Source: Alphaproteobacteria bacterium (lineage in GTDB: Bacteria; Pseudomonadota; Alphaproteobacteria; CAAHEQ01; UBA3637). From it: a stretch of DNA of 64,000 bases. The notes under the pieces were generated by a model, which saw only the letters and a program-made list of their open reading frames with translations, searched no databases and had not been told where the DNA came from. Where the stretch lies: NCBI GenBank assembly GCA_045660045.1, contig JAZRDB010000007.1, forward strand, positions 5,180-69,179, written 5' to 3'. The translations under genes and the position numbers were made by a program. Positions 1-9,431 of this stretch are shown here, piece by piece. Position 1 is the first letter of the stretch. Every line of letters begins with the position of its first letter.

Positions 1-1410
1 ATATCCCAGGTGATTTAAGAGCATTGGATTTTCTGGACTCAATTCCAACGCTTTTTTTAAATCCGATTCGGCCAAGGCGTCTTGCTGTTGTTGGCTGTAA
101 ATAAAGGAACGCGCAAAATAAATATCCGACGCATAACTCCGATTCGATTCGCCCTCGATTTCTAATATACGCGTATACGCACGTAAAGCCGCCGGCCAAT
201 TTTTAAGTTTTTGATAAACATTTGCCAGAGCAAGCCACAACGGCGTTGATTCCCGATTCGCGCGCTTTAATTGCCGCAACAATGGCAAAGCTTCTTCTTC
301 ATGTCCGCAGGAAATCATATTAGAAGCTCGTTTAAATTCTACTGTCTGAGTCAAAGGCCCTTTCAACTGTTTATAGTAATGCGCCGCTAATTGAGGCTTT
401 CCCGCTTGTTCCAAAATCTCTGCGTTCCAAATTTTGGGCAAATCTTGATCTGGATTTAAATACAATGACAAAGCGCTTAAAATCAATGCACCTTCGTAAC
501 TATTTTGAGACGACCCCATCGCTGTGGATATATTATAAAAAGCTTCCGCAGCCCCACGAATCGGCGTCATTTCCTTCGATTCACGCTGCATAATCAACTC
601 TGCCGTTGCTGGTTGCTCGGCCGCAAACAATTGCCATTGTACATAGAACGGGTTTTCCAAACGCCAATTTCCTTTGCGCACAAAAAAGTCCCGAATTTCT
701 GGATAAAGCGACACGGTCAACAACTTATCTCCGGCCAAATTTTGAAAAGCCTCTTCCGCCATAAAGGAATTGCCCAAAGTCATCGCTATTAAGCCGCGGT
801 GATAATGATAGTACGGCATCAACCCTTTTTGTTTTTTTAAAGGCTCCAACGCGGCCACGGCTTCCGTCAATTTGTTTTCCCCTGCAAAGCTCCAAGCACG
901 AATCAATGGATTAATAATTTCATCCAACGGCAATGGCCGGCGATTCGCAATTTCTTCTTGCACCTTTGTCCAGTCTTTATCATGCAGGGCATAGCCCGCC
1001 CGCACATGATCCGTTAAAAACACAATTCGATGTTCCGGAGACATCTGAGCAACAATCGGACGCAACGCCTCAAAATTACCCAAAATAGCATTAAAAAAAT
1101 AGGCCTCTCGTTGTAATTTTTCATTTGTTGGATCACCCTTTAAAACCTTTAAGTACAAAGCGGCCGCTCGTTCCAAATCATCATTTAAAACGGCATTTAA
1201 AGCGGACAAATACGCTCCCGGCTCAACCGTTTTGGGCGTAGGCTTATCCGACAACCAAACTGGTTTTTCCTTGGCGACATCCTTTGTTTCAGGCAAAACG
1301 GGTAAAAAAGGCTTTTTTTCATACCAACAATATCCCATCCAAGCCCCAATGCCAAGGCCGGACAAAACCAAAATCCATGCAATTCCTTTAAACAGTTTTT
1401 TTAAATACAT
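1..1410 (-). CDS. TPR-like repeat protein with N-terminal membrane anchor; partial, C-terminus lies beyond the left window edge
   Basis: Absent from the ORF track because it is open at the window edge. Hand translation from ATG 1410 (AAGGAAAG upstream) gives MYLKKLFKGIAWILVLSGLGIGAW..., then 470 uninterrupted codons with repeated A/L/Y-rich helix-pair segments. Track ORFs 505-792, 1197-1382 and 1232-1429 are out-of-frame shadows. Confidence 0.6.
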   Translation of the reverse strand, partial: MYLKKLFKGIAWILVLSGLGIGAWMGYCWYEKKPFLPVLPETKDVAKEKPVWLSDKPTPKTVEPGAYLSALNAVLNDDLERAAALYLKVLKGDPTNEKLQREAYFFNAILGNFEALRPIVAQMSPEHRIVFLTDHVRAGYALHDKDWTKVQEEIANRRPLPLDEIINPLIRAWSFAGENKLTEAVAALEPLKKQKGLMPYYHYHRGLIAMTLGNSFMAEEAFQNLAGDKLLTVSLYPEIRDFFVRKGNWRLENPFYVQWQLFAAEQPATAELIMQRESKEMTPIRGAAEAFYNISTAMGSSQNSYEGALILSALSLYLNPDQDLPKIWNAEILEQAGKPQLAAHYYKQLKGPLTQTVEFKRASNMISCGHEEEALPLLRQLKRANRESTPLWLALANVYQKLKNWPAALRAYTRILEIEGESNRSYASDIYFARSFIYSQQQQDALAESDLKKALELSPENPMLLNHLGY

Positions 1411-1469
1411 TTTCTTTCCTTTTTATTGAAAATATGTTAAGCTATTTTTTCATAAAATGAAAGTTAAAA

Positions 1470-2153
1470 ATGGATATTAAACAAAAATTATATTGGCTTA
1501 TGCAAGCGGGCATTTCTTCTTTTTGTGCCGACACGCCTAAACGCAACGAAGTTGTCGCCCCCACAAAAGATGACACACCGGCCACAGATAAAGCTTCAGC
1601 CGTCGCCCATAAAGCCAAGGATTTATCCACCTTAAACTCGGATAAGCAATCTTTTTCATTGTCTTCGTTAAAGAAAACAGCCACACACACCGTTTTGGGA
1701 TTGGGGCCGCAAAAGCCACACCTCATGTGCATTTTAGAAACACCAGATGCACAAGCGGACAAATCTGGTCAATTATTGAACAGTTCTCAAGGAGAGCAAC
1801 TAAAGAAAATGATGGCTGCAATCCATTTGGACATAGAAAAAGACGTTTACGTTACTTTTCTAAGCCCGTGGCGTACGCCGGGCAACCGTCCATTGACCAA
1901 CGCCGAACGCGCTTTGTTTTTACCATTTTTAGCACGCGAAATAGAATTAGTCCAACCCCAAAAAATTTTATTGTTTGGCGCCGGCGTTACCCATGCTTTA
2001 TTAGACATCGAATCGGTTGCCAAAGCACGTGGCGCATGGCACAGTTGGCAACAAATTCCTGTCCGCGTCACATTACCCCTTTCCGCCCTCAAAACCACAC
2101 CCTTGCGACAACAAGCATGGGACGATTTACAAGAGGTAGAGAAATCTTTTTAA
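1470..2153 (+). CDS. Uracil-DNA glycosylase superfamily protein (family-4-like, degenerate motifs)
   Basis: 227-aa ORF. The segments LETPDAQADKSGQLL...GEQLKKMMAAIHL...FLSPWRTPGNRPLT...LLFGAG follow the family-4 UDG layout by eye. The N-terminal LYWLMQAG extension resembles alphaproteobacterial UDG-like proteins. Confidence 0.5.
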   Translation: MDIKQKLYWLMQAGISSFCADTPKRNEVVAPTKDDTPATDKASAVAHKAKDLSTLNSDKQSFSLSSLKKTATHTVLGLGPQKPHLMCILETPDAQADKSGQLLNSSQGEQLKKMMAAIHLDIEKDVYVTFLSPWRTPGNRPLTNAERALFLPFLAREIELVQPQKILLFGAGVTHALLDIESVAKARGAWHSWQQIPVRVTLPLSALKTTPLRQQAWDDLQEVEKSF

Positions 2154-2161
2154 ATCATTAA

Positions 2162-2192
2162 CAAAAAAAGAGGGCCAATGGCCCTCCTTTCT
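2162..2192. terminator. Bidirectional intrinsic terminator between convergent genes
   Basis: GAGGGCC-AAT-GGCCCTC hairpin at 2170-2186, with an A7 run on one side and a T-rich tract on the other. Confidence 0.6.
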
Positions 2193-4798
2193 TACATTGG
2201 TGTACAATTCCCCGTTCCCGAACATTTATAACGATCAATGCTAGACTTGCTTGGTTTATTAATAATCACCAAATAGCCAGAACTCGACGTCCTTTTGGCC
2301 TTAAACAGCTTCGTCGTTGTATTCCCCGGACAATAAAAATCACTCCACGTACACTTGTCCTGTATACAAATTTCACCATTCCACGTTTTCTTCACTGTCC
2401 CCGCAGAATCGGCAACTTTTCCACTAAAACGAGCGCTTGTGTCTGTTGCCGAACTAAATGTTCTGAAACATTTATTTGGGCACAACCAAACATTTGCATA
2501 TGTATCTGTGGTTGCCGTTTTACCAGATCCTTTGCACGCTTTACATGCGGTGCCATCCTTATAACATTCCGCATTGCAAGTAAAGGATGTTGCGTCCTTG
2601 CCAGAACATGTGGCACAAGATGGGCAATTTTGACACGTGCCATTAAGAATCACCTTTCCGCTTGGACAGAAACAAGCGCTTGCTGCCGTTTTGGCTGTTC
2701 CATCTGTTGTTTTCCCATTGGGGCATTTCGTGGCTCCCGTATTTGCTATCACATCTTTATACCACCCCTTTGCAACAGCCGTACATTCAGTTGCACCGCT
2801 TTTAAGTTCATATCCTTTTTGACACAGACAATTGCTTGTTGATGTGCTGCCTGTGGATGTAGTTGTTGTGTTGGCTCGCCAATCGACGCATTTTTTGGTC
2901 CCAGTGTTTCCTACAACATCTTTATACCATCCCACAGCAACAGCCGTACATGCAGTAGCACCACTTTTAAGTTCATAACCTTTTTTACAAACACAAGAAC
3001 TTGTTGATGTACTGCCTGTGGAGATTGTCGTTGTATTGGCGCGCCAATCAACACATCGTTTGGCGCCCGTGTTTCCTATAGTATTTTTGTACCACCCTGT
3101 GAAAACGGCCGTACAGACCCCTTCTACCATTTCATATCCTTTGTCACAAACACAAGACCCTACACCTTGATTGTTGCCACCATCACAAACTTTATTGGTA
3201 TCGCATGCCGTACCCGCAGCAGCGGGCGTATATACCGCATTTGTTCCCGAAGATGTACATTTTGTTGTACAAGTATCCGCCACAAATCCATCACACCCAT
3301 TTTTACAAGTTTCATCCGATCTCATCACATAACCACTATCACACACCCATGTACCCCTTTCATTATCATTATTTGGATCTCCACAATGCTTATGAGTACT
3401 TGGATTGTTGCCCCAATATCTGTCAACAGGCGCATAAGTATAAACCGCTGTGTGATTCTCTACCCTACATGCTGTTTTACACGTTGTGGCTGTAAAATTA
3501 TTACATGTTTCTATTGGTTTACATTCACCATCATCACATTGTTCGGTTCCTGCACAAGTGCTATCCGCATCACAAACGCAGGTTTGTTTGTCTTCATCCC
3601 AAAAGGGCAGTTTTGTATAACTTCCCTCACCACATTCAAAACAGGTAGACGACGCCCCACGATTATAGGCTGCACCATGGTAACCGTCATTACATTCACA
3701 TTGTTGAGTCTCTTTGTTATACGTTGACTTTCCATCGTTACAAGCCAGTTCACACATATGACTGTCCTCATTACAATATTCGTTACTACCACAGTCGCCA
3801 TCTGTTATACATTCAACACATTGTCCATTATATGCATAAGGTCTGTTGGTCGGACAAGTTGGGCAATTTTCATCGGGATCACAAGCACAGCATTGATTTC
3901 CTTCACAACACTTTTGCCCCTCTTCGCAATCATTGTCAATGTCACAGGCTCCATTGACACATGTACAGGAAGCATCATATAATCCCTTTCCAAGTTCGTT
4001 GGTGCACTGTTCGCCAACCTTCAAACAATCGCATGAGGTGTGATCACTATTCACCACCAACGGAGCCTCGCACGTGTCACAACTTGAATTTTCTGTTGTT
4101 GTTTCTTCCGTACGATATGTGTTACCCGTACAAGGTTTACATGTTTCATCACATGTGCCATATCCCGTTTTATAATACCCCGCACGGCACGTTAACACAC
4201 CATCCGAAACGGATCCTCCACTTGGGATTGTGCGTTCTGGACACCCATCTTCATTCGGATCCTCCTGACTCTGTTGGGGCCTCCACCAAGGATATAAACC
4301 ATGCAAATGATATCCTGGACTTTTTTGGAATAAATATTGCAACACATTCTTTGTTTTGTCCTTTTGGCAAGCTGTAATTTTTTTCCCTGTATCATCTGTT
4401 ATGGCTATTAACCCAATTTCGCTTGTTTTTTTCTCACTTGATTGTATTTCTCGCGACTTTTTTAACATGCTTTCACACACTTCTTGGGTCAACGCATCTG
4501 TCTTCACCCAAAAATAATTGCTCATAGGTCCATCAATACCGTTTTCCACTTCCAAGCCAATGCTGTGCGGACCCTCCCTGGAAATTTTATCTTGCGCATT
4601 TGATGGCTTTGCTTGCAAAGCGTGTTGACGAATCACAGCTTCTTCCATCACCGCCGTCGTCAAATCTTTGGCTATCACGTCAGAACGTAACAAGCCCCAA
4701 ACATGGAATCCTCCCAATGTCAACAACATTAACAGGGCTAACACCCCTAACATTTCCAACATACTGCGTCCAGATTCGTTCTTCTTGTTTTTCTTCAT
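2192..4798 (-). CDS. Cysteine-rich modular prepilin-like surface protein (868 aa)
   Basis: AAGGAG SD precedes ATG 4798. The N-terminus MKKNKKNESG/RSMLEMLGVLALLMLLTLGG has a basic tip, a Gly, a Glu at +5 and a ~20-residue hydrophobic helix, matching the class III (type IV prepilin) signal pattern. About 76 of ~78 Cys (hand count) lie after residue ~190, in CxxC, CxC and C-x-G-Y motifs. There are three 55-aa tandem units near the C-terminal third. Confidence 0.8.
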   Translation of the reverse strand: MKKNKKNESGRSMLEMLGVLALLMLLTLGGFHVWGLLRSDVIAKDLTTAVMEEAVIRQHALQAKPSNAQDKISREGPHSIGLEVENGIDGPMSNYFWVKTDALTQEVCESMLKKSREIQSSEKKTSEIGLIAITDDTGKKITACQKDKTKNVLQYLFQKSPGYHLHGLYPWWRPQQSQEDPNEDGCPERTIPSGGSVSDGVLTCRAGYYKTGYGTCDETCKPCTGNTYRTEETTTENSSCDTCEAPLVVNSDHTSCDCLKVGEQCTNELGKGLYDASCTCVNGACDIDNDCEEGQKCCEGNQCCACDPDENCPTCPTNRPYAYNGQCVECITDGDCGSNEYCNEDSHMCELACNDGKSTYNKETQQCECNDGYHGAAYNRGASSTCFECGEGSYTKLPFWDEDKQTCVCDADSTCAGTEQCDDGECKPIETCNNFTATTCKTACRVENHTAVYTYAPVDRYWGNNPSTHKHCGDPNNDNERGTWVCDSGYVMRSDETCKNGCDGFVADTCTTKCTSSGTNAVYTPAAAGTACDTNKVCDGGNNQGVGSCVCDKGYEMVEGVCTAVFTGWYKNTIGNTGAKRCVDWRANTTTISTGSTSTSSCVCKKGYELKSGATACTAVAVGWYKDVVGNTGTKKCVDWRANTTTTSTGSTSTSNCLCQKGYELKSGATECTAVAKGWYKDVIANTGATKCPNGKTTDGTAKTAASACFCPSGKVILNGTCQNCPSCATCSGKDATSFTCNAECYKDGTACKACKGSGKTATTDTYANVWLCPNKCFRTFSSATDTSARFSGKVADSAGTVKKTWNGEICIQDKCTWSDFYCPGNTTTKLFKAKRTSSSGYLVIINKPSKSSIDRYKCSGTGNCTPM
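2714..3115 (-). repeat. In-frame 165-nt tandem repeat, about 2.4 copies, inside the 868-aa gene
   Basis: Copy boundaries fall at the Cys codons at 3115, 2950 and 2785. Each unit encodes CTAV..GWYK....NTG..KCVDWRANTTT.STGSTSTS.C.C.KGYELKSGAT. (55 aa). The third copy diverges after about 24 aa. Confidence 0.85.
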
Positions 4799-4807
4799 TT
4801 TTTCTCC

Positions 4808-7249
4808 TTATGCTCGTTTCAAATATTCTTGAACCAGTTGATCTACGTCTGTAATTTCAGATTGTAATTTTTCCGCCAATAAAATATTTTTACTACCAGA
4901 TGAATAAACTTTCAAATAGGATCCTAAACCGGACAAATCTACATCTAAAATAACAGATTCATGGATGGCCGGTCGGCTGACCAAAATAGCGTATTTTCTG
5001 TCCGCCCACTCTTTGCCTAGAATAAAGTTTAATTCACGCGGTGTCAAGTTCCATGTTGCATAATCGGATGGGTTCGCCTGTGGATTTCGGAAGAAAACGA
5101 CTGTTTGACATTGACCACGAATCACATCACCCAAGCCCGCTTCATCCAAAAATTTCGGTTGCTGGAACGCACAAAGATATGCTTGACGTTTTTTACGTCC
5201 TTCTCGAAGCCCTACGATAAAGCTTTCTTTAAACATTGGGTGTTCCAACATTGGCGCCGTTTCATCGATCATAATCATACTGGGCGCACCGGTTGAACTG
5301 GCCAATTCATCAATACGGTGCATGATATAGCTGATGACCGCAGGCGCCAAAGATTTATTGCTATCATTAAAGATGCTTGTAAAATCAAACGCCACATAAC
5401 GGTTTGTTAAATCCAGATTGTCTTCAGGCGAGTTAAAAATATTACCATATTGATCCGGATCAATCCATCTGTTCAATTCACGACGCATATAACCGTTTGG
5501 CGCAAAACACGCTTTGTATAAATTCTTTAACATACGATCACTTTTCGGCAAATACTCAAAAGCCGTCACAACCGCACGAGCAATTTCAGTTTCAGAAACA
5601 GCATCCTTTCCTTCTGTGATATCGCGCAACCAACCGCGCAAAAAGGCTCTGTTCGGCAAATTATCTTCAATTAAAAATGGATTTAAAGAAACAGATTCCT
5701 CGCCATCAAACTTGATGTATGGCGCCCCATTCACCACAGCAAAAACCTTGGCACCTTTATTACGATCAAAGAAGTATGTATGCAAATCTGGGATACGCAT
5801 TGCCTGAGAGGCAATAAAGCTGAAGAATGTTGTTTTACCTTGACCGGTCGGACCAATCAAGGCGGTATGTGCCACTGCGTACTGTTCCTCTGTAACATGG
5901 AATTGGAAAGCATACGGCGTTCCGGTAATCGTCCTAAAATAAGATAACGGAACCGGACCCCAGTCTGATTTCTTGCGACCTTCGGACGGTTGATCAATCA
6001 TCGTCGCACAGGCAACCACATTGGAAAGGTATAAATATGTTCTTGGGTACACATCATAGGTTGGGAATTGGTTAAAGAAAACAGCCTGTGCGGACCATCC
6101 CTCACGCACCGGTGTCACGTTATGAATACGACAAATACGCTCTACCTCTTCTTGACCAAACTTCAATTCGTCAGGCGAATCTCCATATAAAATCATGGAC
6201 ATTGCATATTCATTTAATGTTTGGCTGTCCGCGTCCGTGGCATCCAACGACGCCAACGCTTCATTATATTGGTCCAACACGTTTTGAGAAAAACTTGTCA
6301 TATAGGCCATTTTACGTTGGTTAAGTAAAAGTGCTGTCGACTTGGACATTGGAACAGCTTTAATATTATGCAAAAAGACCATTTCCATATCAATGCTCAA
6401 CAAATCCGCCACCATTTGTTCGTCCATATAATCACCCGGCTTTCTTATCCCCATCATGATGGCTAATTTTTCTCGATCACCCGCAAAGAAACGCACAATT
6501 CCTTCGTCCTTGGTAAAATGAACGTAATCTGATGTTAAAAGCACATTCAAATAATCGCCTTGTTCTCCATGAATAAGCGGCTTTGGACGAGAAAGCGGAC
6601 TTGCCAACCGAGCAAACACCCATAAAGGACTTCTATCTTCTTGATTTACACCTTCTTTTTCTGTTAACAAAACGGGATTATACATATCCAAAATGGAAGT
6701 CAACGCATTGGATGCCTGTTCTAAATCACGCATAGCTTCCTTACGATCGTTCACGCTGATAATAATGTAGTGACGATTTTTAAAGATACGATGCATATTT
6801 TCCATCCACAATTCATCGATCTTGTGTAATAATTTGTTATCTTGAAAGGCCTCCATTGTGTCTAATTGAACTTTATCGCGCACCGTCATCATGCGCACAA
6901 CAATTTCCAATTCTGCCATAGAATCAATCCAGCGTTTTCTGGCACTTGTCAAGGATACACGATCTTCCGGAGCCATCAAGGTGCTGTCTACACCTTTTAC
7001 CTCAAACACACGCGCCAACGCACCATTTCTCAGATGAATAGTTGCGCCATCTTCATCTAATTTTTCAAACGGCAAAAAGTCGGAAAGACGTGTTTCTTTT
7101 GGCTTTGGCAATACCCACTCACCAATTTTTGTCACGGATGCAAACGCCAACAACACGGCAGATATCAACCCCAAAACCGCCAAAACCATCGGAGTCGAGG
7201 TAGCGCTCGTCAAGATAAAATCAATTATGTTCGCGTCTATATTATTCAT
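4808..7249 (-). CDS. virB4: Type IV secretion system ATPase VirB4/TrbE/CagE family
   Basis: 813 aa with an N-terminal TM segment. It has Walker A LIGPTGQGKTT, Walker B-like MIMIDETAP and GRKKRQAYLCAFQQP. AAGGA SD. The start lies 12 nt after the virB3 stop. Confidence 0.85.
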   Translation of the reverse strand: MNNIDANIIDFILTSATSTPMVLAVLGLISAVLLAFASVTKIGEWVLPKPKETRLSDFLPFEKLDEDGATIHLRNGALARVFEVKGVDSTLMAPEDRVSLTSARKRWIDSMAELEIVVRMMTVRDKVQLDTMEAFQDNKLLHKIDELWMENMHRIFKNRHYIIISVNDRKEAMRDLEQASNALTSILDMYNPVLLTEKEGVNQEDRSPLWVFARLASPLSRPKPLIHGEQGDYLNVLLTSDYVHFTKDEGIVRFFAGDREKLAIMMGIRKPGDYMDEQMVADLLSIDMEMVFLHNIKAVPMSKSTALLLNQRKMAYMTSFSQNVLDQYNEALASLDATDADSQTLNEYAMSMILYGDSPDELKFGQEEVERICRIHNVTPVREGWSAQAVFFNQFPTYDVYPRTYLYLSNVVACATMIDQPSEGRKKSDWGPVPLSYFRTITGTPYAFQFHVTEEQYAVAHTALIGPTGQGKTTFFSFIASQAMRIPDLHTYFFDRNKGAKVFAVVNGAPYIKFDGEESVSLNPFLIEDNLPNRAFLRGWLRDITEGKDAVSETEIARAVVTAFEYLPKSDRMLKNLYKACFAPNGYMRRELNRWIDPDQYGNIFNSPEDNLDLTNRYVAFDFTSIFNDSNKSLAPAVISYIMHRIDELASSTGAPSMIMIDETAPMLEHPMFKESFIVGLREGRKKRQAYLCAFQQPKFLDEAGLGDVIRGQCQTVVFFRNPQANPSDYATWNLTPRELNFILGKEWADRKYAILVSRPAIHESVILDVDLSGLGSYLKVYSSGSKNILLAEKLQSEITDVDQLVQEYLKRA

Positions 7250-7261
7250 TCAATTCCTTTG

Positions 7262-7555
7262 TTATGGCGCCAGCTTTACACCCCGCTGCTTGTAAATGTT
7301 ATGGCTTGTCGCTGGACCGTTTGTTCCCCACGCTTGCAACATATGGGATAGGTGGGGTTCTCGTGTGCCTGCAATAACCAAAAAAATATGTCCAAGTAAA
7401 ATTGTAATCAATGAAACCAATGGGTTTACATTAAACATACCAATCAAGATAAACATCCACGCCGCCTGAATTACAAAGTTAGCCATGGCGGGAATAAATG
7501 GTGCCAAGAAAATACGGGGCGGCATAGCAACTGCTCTTAAAATTGGTTCGCGCAT
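7262..7555 (-). CDS. virB3: VirB3-like small inner-membrane T4SS protein
   Basis: 97 aa with two hydrophobic segments. The pattern EPILRAVAMPPRIF...ANFVIQ...GHIFLVIAGTREPHL matches the VirB3 layout, and the gene sits directly upstream of virB4. GGAGA SD. Confidence 0.65.
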   Translation of the reverse strand: MREPILRAVAMPPRIFLAPFIPAMANFVIQAAWMFILIGMFNVNPLVSLITILLGHIFLVIAGTREPHLSHMLQAWGTNGPATSHNIYKQRGVKLAP

Positions 7556-7620
7556 TTTAATCTCCTGATTCTATTCATACAATAAATTCTTGCAAATGAA
7601 AAGAAAAAAATGCTTTTTTC

Positions 7621-7649
7621 TTGACTTTTTTTATCTTTTTTGGCATAAT
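7621..7649 (+). promoter_or_regulatory. sigma70-type promoter of gatCAB
   Basis: TTGACT (7621-7626), 17-nt spacer, CATAAT (7644-7649). The track ORF starting at 7621 begins on the TTG of the -35 box. Confidence 0.55.
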
Positions 7650-7674
7650 TTTACCATTCATAAAGGAGAAAAAA

Positions 7675-7962
7675 ATGGCCTTAAATCAAGAAACAATTAA
7701 AAATCTTTCTACTTTGGCCCGTTTGCGCTTGCCCGCTGAACGCGAAGAAAAGATCTTATCCGACTTACAAAGCATTTTGGACTGGGTAGAACAATTAAAA
7801 GAAGTTGATATTGAAGGGGTAGAACCTTTAGTTTCTGTGACTCAAGGAAATGCGCCAATGCGTCAAGATATTGTCACAGACGGTGGTTTACAAAAAGAAT
7901 TGATGTTGAATGCGCCCGAGGAAATTCAGGGCTTTTATGTGGTACCAAAGGTGGTGAAATAA
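7675..7962 (+). CDS. gatC: Glutamyl/aspartyl-tRNA amidotransferase subunit C
   Basis: Start refined to ATG 7675, with AAGGAG 8 nt upstream. The 95-aa product begins [25 protein letters not shown]. The stop overlaps the gatA start (ATGA). Confidence 0.9.
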   Translation: MALNQETIKNLSTLARLRLPAEREEKILSDLQSILDWVEQLKEVDIEGVEPLVSVTQGNAPMRQDIVTDGGLQKELMLNAPEEIQGFYVVPKVVK

Positions 7963-9428
7963 TGACTGATTTAGTGAACTTGACCATCGCCGAAGCGTTG
8001 GAATTATTGAATAAAAAAGAAATTACTTCTGTGGATTTAACAAAGGCACATATTGCCGAAATGGAAAAAGGGCACATCTTAAATGCCTTTATTACCGAAA
8101 CGCCAGACTTGGCTTTAGAACAAGCAAAAGCGAGTGATGAAAAACGGGCAAATGGGTCGCCTTTGGGGACGTTGGAAGGTATTCCTATTGCCAACAAAGA
8201 TTTATATTGCACAAAGGGCGTCAAAACAACTGCGGCCAGCAAGATTTTATCCAACTTTGTGCCACCGTATGAATCCACGGTATCACAAAAATTAAAAGAT
8301 GCCGGCACAGTGATGCTCGGTAAATTAAATACAGACCAATTTGCAATGGGCGGTTCCACATTGACCAGTTATTTTGGCGTAACTAAAAACCCTTGGAATT
8401 TGGACTTGGTGCCAGGGGGGTCCTCTGGTGGTTCCGCCGCCGCTGTGTCTGCCGGATTATGCATGGGGGCCACAGGTTCCGATACAGGTGGTTCCATTCG
8501 TCAGCCAGCCAGTTTTTGCGGTGTAACAGGCATTAAACCAACCTATGGTCGTTGCTCGCGCTATGGTATCGTGGCTTTTGCCAGTTCATTGGACCAAGCG
8601 GGTCCGATGGCGCGCACTGTAAAAGATTGTGCTTTGATGTTAGGCGCTATGGCTGGCGCGGATGATAAAGATTCCACCGTTGCCACTATTCCTGTGCCAG
8701 ACTACACCAAGGCGTTGACGGGTAATATTAAAGGCAAAAAAATCGGTATCCCAAAAGAGTATCGTTTGGATGGTTTAAACGAAGATGTGCAAGCCATCTG
8801 GGATAAGGGAATTCAGCTTTTAAAAGATGCTGGCGCAGAAATTGTGGATATTTCTTTGCCACACACAAAATACGCTTTACCAGTTTATTACATTGTGGCT
8901 TGTGCAGAAGCCAGTTCCAACCTTTCTCGCTATGATGGTGTGCGCTATACCACACGTGTCGAAGGCAATTCCTTGGATGAAATGTATGAAAACACCCGCA
9001 CAGATGGTTTTGGTGACGAAGTCGTGCGCCGTATTTTATTGGGCACATTTGTGTTGTCAGCGGGCTTTTATGACGCCTATTACACACGCGCTCAACGGGT
9101 ACGCCGTTTAATTTACAATGACTTTGTGGAAGCGTTTAAGCAAGTGGATGCTATTTTAGTGCCAGCTGCACCAACGCCTGCACTTTCTGCTGAAGACATG
9201 AAGAACATGAAACCTGTGGATGTGTATGCGGGTGACGTATTTACAACACCGGCCAGTTTGGCGGGCGTTCCTGGCTTGTCTTTACCAATTGGACTATCTT
9301 CAAACGGATTGCCTGTTGGCTTACAGGTGATTGGTAAGCACTTTGATGAAAACACGGTTTTCCAAGTGGCGGATGTACTGGAAAAAATGGCGAACTTTGA
9401 CAAGACTCCCCACAGAGTGAAAGGATAA
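7962..9428 (+). CDS. gatA: Glutamyl/aspartyl-tRNA amidotransferase subunit A
   Basis: 488 aa with the amidase signature [11 protein letters not shown] and [11 protein letters not shown]. Confidence 0.95.
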   Translation: MTDLVNLTIAEALELLNKKEITSVDLTKAHIAEMEKGHILNAFITETPDLALEQAKASDEKRANGSPLGTLEGIPIANKDLYCTKGVKTTAASKILSNFVPPYESTVSQKLKDAGTVMLGKLNTDQFAMGGSTLTSYFGVTKNPWNLDLVPGGSSGGSAAAVSAGLCMGATGSDTGGSIRQPASFCGVTGIKPTYGRCSRYGIVAFASSLDQAGPMARTVKDCALMLGAMAGADDKDSTVATIPVPDYTKALTGNIKGKKIGIPKEYRLDGLNEDVQAIWDKGIQLLKDAGAEIVDISLPHTKYALPVYYIVACAEASSNLSRYDGVRYTTRVEGNSLDEMYENTRTDGFGDEVVRRILLGTFVLSAGFYDAYYTRAQRVRRLIYNDFVEAFKQVDAILVPAAPTPALSAEDMKNMKPVDVYAGDVFTTPASLAGVPGLSLPIGLSSNGLPVGLQVIGKHFDENTVFQVADVLEKMANFDKTPHRVKG

Positions 9429-9431
9429 AAG

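Noticed and set aside
2714-3115. The regular 165-nt repeats (and the 45-nt repeats at 31170-31271) as a possible CRISPR array.
   Set aside because: The units are contiguous with no spacers, lie in-frame inside long ORFs and encode conserved peptide repeats. No cas genes are present.
2355-4395. Many plus-strand ORFs (for example 3167-3727, 3205-3495 and 3961-4377), plus out-of-frame minus-strand ORFs, inside the 868-aa gene.
   Set aside because: They are shadow ORFs of a long, compositionally biased gene. Their translations are low-complexity (H/T/I/F-rich), they lack SD sequences, and they are fully nested in the far longer Cys-rich frame.
7556-7620. Promoter for virB3: minus-strand TTGCAA, 16-nt spacer, TAGAAT.
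   Set aside because: The -10 box ends only 12 nt before the ATG. The transcript would therefore start inside the SD sequence. It was left unannotated pending transcription start site data.
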